Below are positions 1 to 11,474 of a stretch of DNA of 64,000 nucleotides, one piece after another. The stretch lies in NCBI RefSeq assembly GCF_001194135.2, contig NC_068989.1:288833-352832 (forward strand), read 5' to 3'. The notes beneath the pieces were generated by a model that was not told the DNA's origin, did no database searches, and worked only from the letters and a program-made list of their open reading frames with translations. The position numbers and the translations under genes were made by a program. How positions within the stretch are numbered: the stretch's first letter is position 1; the number at the start of each line of letters is the position of its first letter. Source of the DNA: Octopus bimaculoides. Lineage: Eukaryota.

Positions 1-134
1 ATGTATTTAATATACTCCATATTTTTGATCTAACCAGTTCCATATGTAAAAGAACATGCTGCGTTCTGAGTATTTTTAAATGTGTTTACATGTGAATCTA
101 TATATTAAAAAAAAAAAAAATTATTTTTTCTTAG

Positions 135-258
135 AGCTGATGAAGTGCAAGCAATTGTCAGTGGGAAAATAGCTCTGAAATATACAGGCCCTAATATTGA
201 TGCTATGAAAAGTATAGCTCAAGCAAGCCAGAAGAGATCGTTAGCTGATTTCACTGAG
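135..258 (+). CDS. PSMD11: 26S proteasome lid subunit Rpn6/PSMD11, internal exon (gene starts left of window)
   Basis: AG 133-134, GT 259-260; ADEVQAIVSGKIALKYTGPNIDAMKSIAQASQKRSLADFTE matches PSMD11 EDVQALVSGKLALRY...VAQASKNRSLADF. Confidence 0.95.
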
Positions 259-1647
259 GTGAGGTGCAGTTTTATGTTTATTTGTCAAATAAAGTCGACT
301 CTGAGGTTTTATGTTTCTTCTCAGCTCTATAAAAACTTATTGTTTTCTATTTTGTTATTTAAAAAGATAATTCTTTCTATGTTTGATTGCCTTCATTACT
401 TTTTCCCTTTTAAGCAAATTGCCACAATTTATGCTTTAAGGTATTTTAGCTCATATAGATATATAAATATAAAATATTTCTCTTTGAAAGGAATGAATAT
501 CAAGTCATGTTAGTTAAATTGTTAGCAAAATAATTCACACTGAAAGCGTATTTTAATGATTAAAACTGAAGTTAAAGGATATTTTAGGTCGACAGTAAAG
601 GAAAATAATATTAGTGGATAAATTGTATCTGACTTTCTGAGATGAGTGATAATCATTATTTCATTATTATACATGGAATTGTAGATAGACTAGCACTCTC
701 ATCTTGTGGAGGAAAAAGAAGCTCCAACCCTTGTCAAACAGTCATTCATAGTGTCTACAACACTATGAATTGGCACATACACTGGACTTTGATAACCTTT
801 TCAGTAGACCTAGCATAGAATTGAATATCCTATGGGAGCCTTTAGTTTAAGAAGAGCATTAAAAAAAAAAGCACAGTAAGTTTTAAAAACTTTGATTCAA
901 GTGGAATGAGTAAGTGACATCACAAGAATAACTAATTGGAGAATATCATGTATTATCCAAATAGTGGAATGAGAACAAGCAGTTTGACATGCTTAGAAAA
1001 TTCCACAATACTGTTTCTACAGCATTATATTATACTGGTTACAGGTGCCACATGCATATAGCTAGGTGTACAAATCATTGAGAGATAAATAGGAATCTCT
1101 CTCTCTCTCTCTCTCTCTCACATGCAATATCCATATAGTTAAGCTGATGGATTACTGATTGTGTGGGCCCCAAGTTGAGATCTTCCAGCCACTGGTTTGG
1201 GTCACTTAACTGTTTGCTCTAGTTTTCCTGCAGATGACAAAAATGAACGAGAAGTAGGCTTCTGTTTTATGTTTGATTGGTTATCAATGAGAAAGATTTT
1301 TACCTCTAAAAGAAAATAAACCATATTTTAGCTTGCAAAAATGGATGTCTAGCAGTGAACATTCTTTGCAATTGTCAGGACTTCTCAGATGGAAGCAGTA
1401 GACTTCATTACCAAATTAATAATAATCTAATACCCATTAGTTATATTTTAACAAGGTTGTAGGATGAGAAACTGTGGTGTCCTGGGAAATGTCAAGCTGC
1501 ATGAGGAGCAGCGAATGTTTTAATTTCTAATACCCACTAATCAAAGTAATTAATTGGTTTATTATTTTAGGCAGTTATATTTTGTTTTGCTAATCTGTTA
1601 ATATCTGTTTTATAATCCATTTAATTATTGAACTCTTTAAACTGCAG

Positions 1648-1773
1648 ACTTTAAATCGCTACCAAGAAGAACTCTTTAAAGATCCCATTGTGCAAGTACA
1701 TTTTCTAACTCTTTACGACAACCTGCTGGAGCAAAATCTTTGCCGAATTATTGAACCATTTTCCAGAGTTCAG
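1648..1773 (+). CDS. PSMD11: PSMD11 exon (PCI domain)
   Basis: CAG/GT bounded, 126 nt, phase 0-0; [42 protein letters not shown]. Confidence 0.95.
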
Positions 1774-2123
1774 GTATGTTGTCGATTTATTTTTCTTTAG
1801 ATTTGAATTTGTTATGGATGTTATCCTCAAGATCAGAGATTCGTCCTACTCTGCAACACCTTGAGCAAATCTCTTCTCCTATAATCTCTTGTTGACCCAA
1901 CCTTTGTGAGTGAAATTGAAGCATTTTCTGAAATATAATAGAAATATTAAATAACATATGTAGGGTGATACAAGATCTTGTCTATCTCTTCATTGGCATC
2001 ACCTGACATATTTTGCCTAACTTTTCACCTGCATTATTTAAAGATCTTAAAAAAATAAAATGTCCATGTTTTTAATCCTGGAGATTTTACTATCCACTTT
2101 AACTAATAGAAAAGGCCATTTAT

Positions 2124-2177
2124 GTCCTCTAGTTGTCCTGGTAGAAGATAGTCCTCTAGTTGTCCTAGTAGAAGATA
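2124..2177. repeat. 27-bp direct tandem duplication
   Basis: gtcctctagttgtcct(g/a)gtagaagata twice, 1 mismatch. Confidence 0.9.
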
Positions 2178-2245
2178 GTCGTTTCCATGCCATCTTCTCT
2201 CTATGATGGTTTTACATCATTTTCATTTTCATTTCTTTCTTTCAG

Positions 2246-2281
2246 ATCAAGCGTATTGCAGAAATTATTAAATTATCACAG
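2246..2281 (+). CDS. PSMD11: PSMD11 36-nt exon
   Basis: Polypyrimidine-CAG and GT; IKRIAEIIKLSQ aligns to IEHISSLIKLSK. Confidence 0.9.
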
Positions 2282-2302
2282 GTCAGTGTTTTTGTATATC
2301 AT

Positions 2303-2560
2303 CATCATTTAACTTCTGCTTTTTATGCTGGTGTGAGTTGGATGGTTTGACAGGAGCTGACAAATTAGATGTCACCAAGCTCTAGTGTCTGCTTTGACAT
2401 GGTTTTTATGGCCGGACGCCCTTCCTAATACTGACCACTTTACAAAGTGTAGTGGGTACTTTTTGCACAGCACCAGTAGCAGTGAAGTCACCCAGTAACT
2501 TACAAAACAAGACCCCCCCTCATCTAAGGTGAGGGAGTTGTATTGAGGGACAGAAATAGG
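2303..2560 (-). mobile_element. SINE-like retroelement with (GAT)n tail, decayed
   Basis: (CAT)n followed by tttaac..tgct..ggttggatggtttgacaggagc; same family at 4615, 6493, 17975, 25250, 62845, 63086. Confidence 0.7.
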
Positions 2561-2930
2561 TGTCTTGCACATCTATATAAACAGCTGTTTCTGGGGGCTC
2601 TGAATTACATAATAGTTTTAATATTGGCAGATGGAGTATGCGAAAAGTAATGACTATGCAACCAGTAGTGGATAAATATAAACATTACTGTAAAGCAGGC
2701 TTCCATTTTCAGAGTGGAAAGATTGGCTAAGTAATTCTGATCCCCCAGAAACAGCTGTCAAACCTGAAGTACCATGCCCTCCTCCCTTAGTTTTCTCTAT
2801 CTTTTTTACTCCATGTCAATTTGTTCTGTAAATATATAAATCTCTGTATGTTTATACATGATTGTTCATCATCTAGATATTTTCAGTTTTTCTCTCTCTA
2901 CATAAATACTCCTGTATATATATTCACATG

Positions 2931-3776
2931 TAAGAGATGGTATCAAAAAGTTCCTGTACGAGTTACATTTAATAAGAAAAATAACTTATTTATGTAAGTT
3001 TTAACATCATCTCCTTTGAAATAGTCACCTTGCGCATCAATACACCAGTCTCAGCATTCTTGCCACTTTTGGAATCTAGCCTGGAAGTTGTTTTCCATAA
3101 GTGAGTCAATGACCTTCTGCGATTCACTCAAAGGTGTTAAAATAGCAGCCTTTGAGCTGCATTTTCATCATGGGGAAGAAATTGAAGTCTACAGGTGCTA
3201 AATCTGGCAAATAGGACAGGTGTTTTTGGTGAGAAAGTCACTAGTGAGGTGATCTTGGTGACAAGGTGTATTGTTGTCATGAAGAATCCAATTCTTTGTG
3301 CTCCACAGATCCAGTTACTTGCGCTAAATGCCCTCAACCACTCAGAGGCTTCAAAACGTTGCAATAGAACTCTCGATTGACAGTCTGGCCCTGGGGGACA
3401 AATTCTCAAAGCACAATACCACATTTCTTGGGGTGGTACAGGTCTTCTAGGGATCTTCTTCCACTTTTGAAGTGCCCTGTGCTACTTGAAACATTGCATA
3501 GAACTCATCACTGTAAGCTTTCCAAAGCATGCTTAATGTCTCTGTAGCAGGCTTTCTAAGTTTAATGCAAAATTTCACATTGGCTCTTTGTTCCTGTTCA
3601 TGATAAAAATTGCAGACTACAGCAGACATGTGATCCCAAATTTCACAACTTGCGAAGTAAACACAACAGTGTCACTCAACACACTGCTTCATGAAGGTAA
3701 CTGCTAGCTCTCATTGTGCGTGCATCTGATGGTGCGCTACAGAACTAGCCTGGGAACGTTTTGATACCACCTTGTG
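2931..3776 (-). mobile_element. Internally deleted mariner (Tc1/mariner) transposon in a PSMD11 intron
   Basis: Imperfect TIRs (ggtatcaaaaagttcc near 2939 / ggaacgttttgatacc near 3753); minus-strand remnants EQRANVKFCIKLRKPATETLSML (N-terminal HTH) and PDLAPVDFNFFPMMKMQLKG (YSPDLAP motif). Confidence 0.85.
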
Positions 3777-4096
3777 TGTGTGTGGTTCATATATCAAGCC
3801 CAAGCATGTTGTTTGTTTGTGTCATTATCTCCATTTGTTCACACACACACACATTTGTATAATGTACATTAAGATTTGGCCTTAATTCTTTCTGCTACTG
3901 GATTTGCTTGAATAAAGGTATAAATCTTTCTGTTTTTTCAGGTTTGAGGGTACCTTAAAATAGATGAGATGAAGTACATATAAAAATATGAGAAACTTTT
4001 TAAGAACTAAAATATAAATCTTAACTTATACTTGTCCATGTTTGAAGTACTTTTATATTCTCTTGTGAATTTAAAGATTTTCTTTTATTCTTGTAG

Positions 4097-4148
4097 AATG
4101 AAGTTGAGAAGAATCTGTCAAAGATGATCTTGGATCGAAAACTGCATG
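4097..4148 (+). CDS. PSMD11: PSMD11 52-nt exon
   Basis: TAG/GT bounded, phase 0-1; NEVEKNLSKMILDRKLH(G). Confidence 0.92.
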
Positions 4149-4813
4149 GTAACTGGTTTGCTATATACCTTTTTTACTTTCCATGTGCAATAAGATTTAT
4201 TTAAAAGAAGCCTGCAATTTTAGAAATGCTTTCTTGGGTGGTAAATGTCTGTGATTCTGCAGAACTAGGAAGATACAGTACATGTGTTAAGACTTGTGGA
4301 ATTGTTGCATAAAGCTGAAATATTGGCAATGAAAGCAGAAACAGCCACACTAATTGCAAAAGAACAAATTTCATCCCAGAATCGAATCATTAAAGTGAGT
4401 TGGGAACAGAGAGCATTCAATTCAAATTGCAACTTCTGTTTTTTTTAGTTATCATGTTGTGCTAAGTTATTGATTAGCTGAGTCAGCCATCTGGTATCAA
4501 TATTCTGGTATCAATATTCAGTTGTAGCTAATTCACTTCACCTTATACCACAAATGAATCTCTGAGCCAAGTTGTAGCCACTGAACATCATAGAATTTGG
4601 TTTCTTTTACTTATTATCATCATCATTGTTTAACGTCTGCTTTCCATTCTGGCATGGGTTGGACATGTAAAAATATATTTGACATCACCTAAAAACTACA
4701 TGAAGCACATATCATTCCACAAAATCTGTTAGACTTATGTGGAAGTAGTTTGAAACTAAGCAAATGCATTATATTATTTGCTAATAAAACTTCTTTTTGT
4801 TTGTTAATTACAG

Positions 4814-4956
4814 GAATTTTGGATCAAGGAGCAGGTGTTCTAATAGTTTTTGATGAGACCCCTGTGGACCAGACATATGGTAACGCTCTGGAAACTATTC
4901 AAAATATGGGCAAAGTAGTTGATGCTCTTTACCACAAAGCAAAAAAACTCACATAA
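4814..4956 (+). CDS. PSMD11: PSMD11 terminal coding exon
   Basis: CAG acceptor, phase 1; [47 protein letters not shown] matches the PSMD11 C-terminus; candidate AATAAA at 5111. Confidence 0.95.
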
Positions 4957-5126
4957 ACTTATTTTCAATTTTTAGTATTTTTTTTTTTTAAATATCCACT
5001 TCCATAACATGTAATTACCTTTTCATTTGTGTCTAGAATTTTGTGTAATGTTGCTTTTCCAAAATATTCTATTGTTACAGTATTTAATTATGAAACAACA
5101 AAAATAGGCAAATAAACAAGAAATAT

Positions 5127-5437
5127 TCAGCCTCCAGCCTGTTTCATATTTGTATATATTTTTCTTGCTTTATTTCTGTCTGTATTATTTTGATCATTCT
5201 GAATATTTTCATCTGCAAGACAGATGGGGACTACTAAGTTAAGGAGATGAACAATGGCCTGTACAAGATCAGGGAAAGAAATTGTGTTAGGACTAGTAAT
5301 ATACCCATCAACATGATACAAAACTCTGTTTATCTTTATTTGCTTGGATGAGAAGTTTCAATTCTGCTTAAGGATTGTACAGTTAATATAACAAAGGGCA
5401 TGCAGCTTCTATAAAAGCATCCCACTCAGAATTAAAA
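5127..5437 (-). pseudogene. Relic gene exon 6 (terminal), with stops and a frameshift
   Basis: tttctttcctag acceptor 5438-5440, phase 2; FNSEWDAFIEAACPLLY*LYNP*AELKLLIQANKD, then frame change near 5330-5345 to INRVLYHVDGYITSPNTISFPDLVQAIVHLLNLVVPICLADE...AGG*. Confidence 0.65.
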
Positions 5438-6247
5438 CTAGGAAAGAAAAATCTGAAGATTTAGAAGTAACTACTTTGGCTGAATGGCATTATTCTGTGT
5501 ATGCAAAACTTTTAGTAAATCCTATAAGTTTATTTGCTTTGCTTAGTCTTGGTTAGTATAAGGAAAATTATTTAGCTGTTCACTAAGAATATGGAAATGT
5601 CTAGCTACACAAGATATTATCTGGCCTTTATTGCTGTATAAAAAAAAATAAACGAACAGTATGTTAACTACTGAATTGTAACCAGTTTTAGCTTAGCATA
5701 CCTTATGTTGGTTTCACATATTGGATCTACTGCAAAAAGAATGCCAGGCTAACTGTTTTTTTTTTCTCTAACTTCAGATTTTTCTGGGTTAAGTTTGTCT
5801 TTCACGTTCCAGTAATAATGTCATTTGATCATAAGTATGTGGATACAACATGAATCATCATTTCAAAGTAACTTTTTAGCTCACTGTAATGAAGCATTTT
5901 TTGTTATGTAAGGTGTGTGGAACCCAGAATCTGATTGATCTGACTTCCCAGTGAGTATTTATTTCAAGGTTTTAACAATGAAGAGCTACTAGCAATATAA
6001 AGGCAGGTTTTAAGAAGGCTGTTATTGAAATAGCATCAGTATGCTTAACAAGCATGCGGGCATCTTGTGTTTGTAAGAAAAAGAAGAATATCAATGTGTT
6101 GAGTGGGTGCTGTCACTCTGCTAGAACCTACTTGCAGTATGAAACTCCAGCACCACAGATATGGATATATAAGATTGCAAACTGCTTTATACTTTAGGTT
6201 TTAAAAAATCTCAACTGTGCCATCCAACAGGTCAAGTGACTATTTAC

Positions 6248-6487
6248 AAGTCACTTGTTAACGAATCTTTAATTAAAGAAAGTTCAAACGTATCCAAGAA
6301 TTCATTGCTCTCTTCACTGATTGACATGCATCATATCACTGGATAATGTGTACCTCTTGTTGAGGCAATCCAGAAATGCAATACTTGAGAATGGGTCTAG
6401 GTCCGTCCTTGTTCTTGTTTTAATAGATAATTCAAAGTGAACATTTGTAACATTTCAGCTAAGTCACTACAATGAATTGGTTCTATA
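6248..6487 (-). pseudogene. Relic gene exon 5
   Basis: 240 nt = 1+79 codons+2; CAG acceptor, GTAAAT donor; IEPIHCSDLAEMLQMFTLNYLLKQEQGRT*THSQVLHFWIASTRGTHYPVI*CMSISEESNEFLDTFELSLIKDSLTSD. Confidence 0.65.
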
Positions 6488-6492
6488 CTGGT

Positions 6493-6780
6493 TATCATCA
6501 TCATCATATTTGCTTTCCATGCTGACATGGTTTGGATGATCGGACAGGATTTTATGGATCAGAAGACTGCATTTGGCTCCATTGTCTCAGTTTTGGTACA
6601 GTTTCTGTGGCTAATTCAGTGCTTTATCATAGCATTGACACTAATGCGGTTGCTCTGTAACTTATAAGACTGAAAGGGAGACTTGGAGATAGAGGGGTTG
6701 CTTTATGTGAAGTATTGAAAGTTTAAAATATGATGGGAAGAGCAGCTAGATTTATTGTTGTGAGGAAGATTCATGACTAT
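6493..6780 (-). mobile_element. (GAT)n-tailed SINE-like element abutting the relic exon 5 acceptor
   Basis: atcatcatcatcat..tgctttccatgctgacatggtttggatg; same family as 2303. Confidence 0.7.
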
Positions 6781-7100
6781 CTTGCATTTTAGGTGGGTTT
6801 GGGGTGATGAGGTGACGGAATGTACCCTGAAGATAACATGCTCAAAAGGGTGAATGGCAAAGAATGTAGAGACAGAACAATCAGGAAAAGAGGGGTAAAT
6901 TTACAAGAGTGAAAGATAGAAACATGAGGTAATCAGATGTACATGGGTTGATAGTAAATAGAAGTGGGTGGTACAGTAATAACACTGATAGATTGTGATA
7001 TGTAGTAAGAAGTTTTGTCTTCGTTAATTACAGAAGCAAAATAATATAGTTGATAGGAGAGTGATAGGCCAAGCTAGCATGTTTTTTAATTTTTTTTTAC

Positions 7101-7240
7101 TAAACTCTAGCCATATCTAAAAAGAATATGATGCATAAAAATAAAAATTGTTTTGTAGTTAGTAGATCAGCAAGTTTGAGAACATCTCAGAAGACTTGAA
7201 TTCTTTCGGGACTTGAAATACATGTCCCATATGGTCTAAC
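7101..7240 (-). pseudogene. Relic gene exon 4
   Basis: tttgtag acceptor, GT donor 7099-7100; 140 nt, phase 0-2; VRPYGTCISSPERIQVF*DVLKLADLLTTKQFLFLCIIFFLDMARV. Confidence 0.65.
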
Positions 7241-8290
7241 CTACAAACTTAGTGGGGAAATATGTCTTCTAAAAAGTAATATCATTTCATGATTGAATGG
7301 TTGGCAACAGGATGAGCAATATGCTGTAAGACATCAGCCATGAGTTAATGAGAGGTCAGTCGATCTGCTAAAAGTAGCAACCAGACCTCTCAAATCACAC
7401 TACTGTCATAGATAAAGAACTCATTTGACAATGAAGGCCATGATACACTAAAAGTTATGGTTGGAACATCATTGATCAAAGATGCTAAAGCCATACAATA
7501 CTCGGTACAGGTCTTCTATATAAAACCATCTCCTATGTCTTAGCATATAGAATGAAAGAAAGAAAAACAGTTTGTTTAAACTATGCTACATGTATTTTCA
7601 ATGAAGGGAAACCTTGGTTTCATCTGCATGAAACTGAAGATGACTCTTCTTGACAAAAGTGAAGAATCTTCCTAGTATCTAACGACATCTATTTCAGACT
7701 ACATTTCAAGACGATCTACTTCCACTACTTGCATAGAATTATATTTGTGCAAAACCAACAAACTGTAGAAACACACTGAACATTACGTAACAGTTCAAGA
7801 CTTTATCCACCTGCACATTTTTGCATCTATGCACTTTTATGGTCTATAGAAGAATGCTCAAAATAGATAAGTTTTCCTTAGTTTACACAATATCATTCCT
7901 ATGATTACATTGAATAATGGGTGATTGTGATTTGAATGCTTTTCCATAATGTGCTTACTTGTTCTACAACTAAATAACTAACAACAATGATGATGATGAT
8001 GTGTGTGTGTGTGAACTAGCAATTCAGTATCAGATCCAGGACATTTTATTTCATATATTACTAATTCTCATTGTATTGACTCCAGAAACAAGTAAGGCTA
8101 CATTGATCAGAGCAGGATTTCAATGGGATTTGGTTAATGCAGCAGAATACATGGCACAATCTGAATGTTTCTTTATTTTGTTTTTATACTTTTATCAAAG
8201 ATGTACACTTACACTATTATATCAAGGACAAAAGAAGGTAATGAAAAAAAAATAAATAAAAGTAGAATTCAATTACAAAACTGAATTTAC

Positions 8291-8363
8291 CTGGAATGTC
8301 GTAAGCACAGCACTTAGCATCACTGGAAACAGTTGCTACCAACTTTCAAGAAACTTAAGACAC
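8291..8363 (-). pseudogene. Relic gene exon 3
   Basis: aagcag acceptor, CAG|GTAAAT donor; 73 nt, phase 2-0; CLKFLESW*QLFPVMLSAVLTTFQ. Confidence 0.65.
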
Positions 8364-8830
8364 CTGCTTTAAAATTTTTGTACTGGCAAATATGCAGACC
8401 CACTTATTAAGACAAACAGTTTATTTCAAAGTAATTTTCTTTGAAAATTGCTATCTTTTTATGTCTTCAGATTGAATTCAAGTCTGTGTCTTTAAAATGG
8501 TGCTATCAATATGATACTCCCCAACTAATAAAGATGGTTGAGACTGCACTTTCACAATCATCATATTATAGCAGTAAAAAAGGGGAAAAAGTGATCAACT
8601 TGTGTGGCGTGAATGTTTGGTATTTCAGGCAGAAATTACGTTGAAGAAATGTAAAACATGTTGGAAGACTGTAAGTTGAGAAGACAAAATGGGCACAGAG
8701 AAAGTGACCAGGCATTTAGTAAGTCAAAGTAAAATCTGAAAAAATGTGGTTAGATATGAAAATTACCATCATGCTTCACCTCATTAAGCTGTATTAATAC
8801 ATACTTACATACCAATATTCTCATTTGTAC

Positions 8831-9140
8831 CTATCATTATAGATGAATTAGATTATGTTCCAACAAATGGGCACAAAAACTTTAAAATACTCGGTTTCAT
8901 GGAGAAAGAGCAGAAGAAACTGATGAGGATTCTCCAAATCCAATCTATAAGATTTGTTAGACATTCCAAAAATTCTCCATTTCAGATTCCTCTGTGAATA
9001 AATGCAAATACTTGGGTGTCTGTATTGACAGCTGAGCCAACTCGACCACATATTTACAAACACTGAGAACTCTCTGAACTCAAATAAGTCTTATTGCTTT
9101 GATTAGCAGCTGGTTTGAACCTTCTCACGAAGAACTTAAA
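8831..9140 (-). pseudogene. Relic gene exon 2
   Basis: Strong poly-T-CAG acceptor 9141-9143, AG|GTACAA donor; 310 nt; the phase 1-2 frame has 4 stops and contains ORF 8848..9063. Confidence 0.55.
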
Positions 9141-9515
9141 CTGAAAAAAAAAAATCATACATACATGTGTGTAACTGAAAGGCAAAATGAATGCTTTGAT
9201 TTGAACAGCAAAAGATACATTTGTAAAGAGAAGGAAATGAAAATGAAGAACTGTTTGCAACAAAATAAACCAGAATTTTATACTCTGAAGGTTTACTTAA
9301 ACAGCAATAAATACTTTTTTTAGACTCTAAACTGGAATTTTATAACTGAGAATGGTTCCTTGTTTATTATACACCTGCAATATCTGCCTGGAAACTTGTC
9401 ATTTCCCTGTCAGATATATTTATATATATATATATATATCTGGATACAGTCATATATATATATATATATATATATAAAAGTATTGTTTCATTGTTTAAGT
9501 GATGTTGAATTACTT

Positions 9516-10802
9516 TCAGCATGTACTCATCATCTGTTCATGCATTTCTTTGATAATGACATAATCTTTGAGAGCACGAGGAACTGGAAGATCTTCAGCA
9601 TTTTGAACTATCTTGTGACCAAGGCGTTTGCGAATACATTTGCGGCACAAGACTTGTAGAGATGTGACAGTTTGCAACTTTTTCCGAAGCCACTGAACTA
9701 CAGCCTCTGTGTCATTGACTCGTGTGGGAAAGTAGTTTGTATAGAAGTACATCCTGGCACTGAAATCAAGATAACCAAATCTTGCTAAAAGACGACACAT
9801 TTCAAAATTACCCTTCTCTGCAGCAATCTGAAACAAAGATTTGTATATTCCATCCGAGTAATATTTCCCAGGTACTTCAAGGTCACAGTTGTGTTCAATC
9901 ATCATTTGAATGATTTCAATTTTATTAGATATCACTGCATCATATGCAGCTGTCTCTCCCTGATGGTTATAAATATCATGCTGACTACCAGCTGCCAGTA
10001 GTAGTCTCACAACAGATGTATAGTTTCTTCGGATAGCAATGTGCAGTGCTGTGTCACCAGTTTTGAATTCTCTCCGGTTCAAGTCACAGTTGACTCTGAT
10101 CAATAAAGCAACTGCCTCTTTCTGGTTGTAACAGACAGCTTCCATACATGGAGTACGTCCCCAATAGTTCTGAACATCTACTTGGCTCCCTGACGCCATC
10201 AGAAGATCAATGATATCTGTTCCACCGTTGCGTGCAGCATAGTGAAGCGCCATGTCACTATTCCGATCAGTAATATTCAGTTTACAATTGGCACGAATTA
10301 ATTTTAAAACAGCATCTGTTTTGGTATTTCGAACAGCTTTCATAAGTGGAGTTTTGGATGTAATATCTTGAGAGTCAACATCAGCCCCCCGTCGGATGAG
10401 CACATCCAAGATTTGACAATAGCCATCATCTGCAGCATAGTGGCATGGAGAATTGCCAAATGTATCTTTTACATCAAGTTTAGCTTTGGCTCCAATTAGA
10501 AGGATCATACAGGCCATTCGGTGTTTAAGAACTGCAAAGTGTAAAGCTGTCCTTCGAAGAGTTGTTGTCGTTTGGTTGACATCACATTTAGACTCTATCA
10601 AATATTGTAACATATAAGTATATCCACGATACGATGTTAGATGAATAGGACACAAATCAGCATGGTTCTTTTTGCGGACCTCAACAAATTTAGCATTGAG
10701 ATCAATTTTATATTGTGCAACGAGACGCTTCAACTGAGCAAGTTCGTTGTTTAAGACTGCATCATAAAAATCTAAACCAGCCATTTGTGTGCGAAGCAAC
10801 AT
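9516..10802 (-). CDS. Ankyrin repeat and SOCS box protein (ASB-like), single-exon CDS, 428 aa
   Basis: About 9 ankyrin repeats (e.g. GNSPCHYAA, KTPLMKAV, GDTALHIAI) and C-terminal SOCS box SLQVLCRKCIRKRLG...LPVPRALKDYV; CAG acceptor 10831-10833 upstream of the ATG; AATAAA (minus) 9363-9368. Confidence 0.93.
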   Translation of the reverse strand: MLLRTQMAGLDFYDAVLNNELAQLKRLVAQYKIDLNAKFVEVRKKNHADLCPIHLTSYRGYTYMLQYLIESKCDVNQTTTTLRRTALHFAVLKHRMACMILLIGAKAKLDVKDTFGNSPCHYAADDGYCQILDVLIRRGADVDSQDITSKTPLMKAVRNTKTDAVLKLIRANCKLNITDRNSDMALHYAARNGGTDIIDLLMASGSQVDVQNYWGRTPCMEAVCYNQKEAVALLIRVNCDLNRREFKTGDTALHIAIRRNYTSVVRLLLAAGSQHDIYNHQGETAAYDAVISNKIEIIQMMIEHNCDLEVPGKYYSDGIYKSLFQIAAEKGNFEMCRLLARFGYLDFSARMYFYTNYFPTRVNDTEAVVQWLRKKLQTVTSLQVLCRKCIRKRLGHKIVQNAEDLPVPRALKDYVIIKEMHEQMMSTC

Positions 10803-11474
10803 TTTTGGTGATGGGGGAAGTTGTTCCGACCTGATAATTCTTTTGATGTCAATAAATCACAACTGATTTCTGGAATTTGAAATTAATGCTACATCGTGAT
10901 TTGGTTTACAGTATTATGTCGATGTATTTGTTTTAAGGACCCTAATTGTTGGTCGACATCAGTCAACGTTCAACACTGACCAACTGGGGTTTTTTTGGAC
11001 ATAACAGCGTGGCATACAATATCGAAGAAAATAACTGTCGAAATATAAACATAGGTTATCGAAGATATTGCAGAATCGGGGCAAATATTTGTCTGTTGTA
11101 CAACGTATGTGTGTGCATGGGAAGATGAAAAAAATGTTTTTCTTCCGAATGAATGCCCAGTTTGTTTGTTATGTTTGATTCATTCATTTGTTTGTTTACG
11201 AAAACAGCAAACTATAAGGAACAGAAGGCAAAAAGCATTGTGAAAAATTGAATCGAGAGACATCTATTGATATAAAAACGAATTAATAAACGAAAACTAA
11301 ACAGTATTTGTATGATTTAGTGCAAAAAACTTTGGACGAGAGAAGAACAGATTGTGGAATAAGAGTCGGGTTTGAATTGTCAACAATTGACGGTGAGGAT
11401 ATTTCGTAAAGAATCCTTACCACACTTCTTGTCGTACATCATTGCTTATGACAGGGATTTAAGAAAAAACTTAC

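Noticed and set aside
135-10802. Functional cluster of proteasome subunit plus E3 adaptor
   Set aside because: Adjacency alone is no evidence in an animal genome; the genes are convergent with no shared promoter
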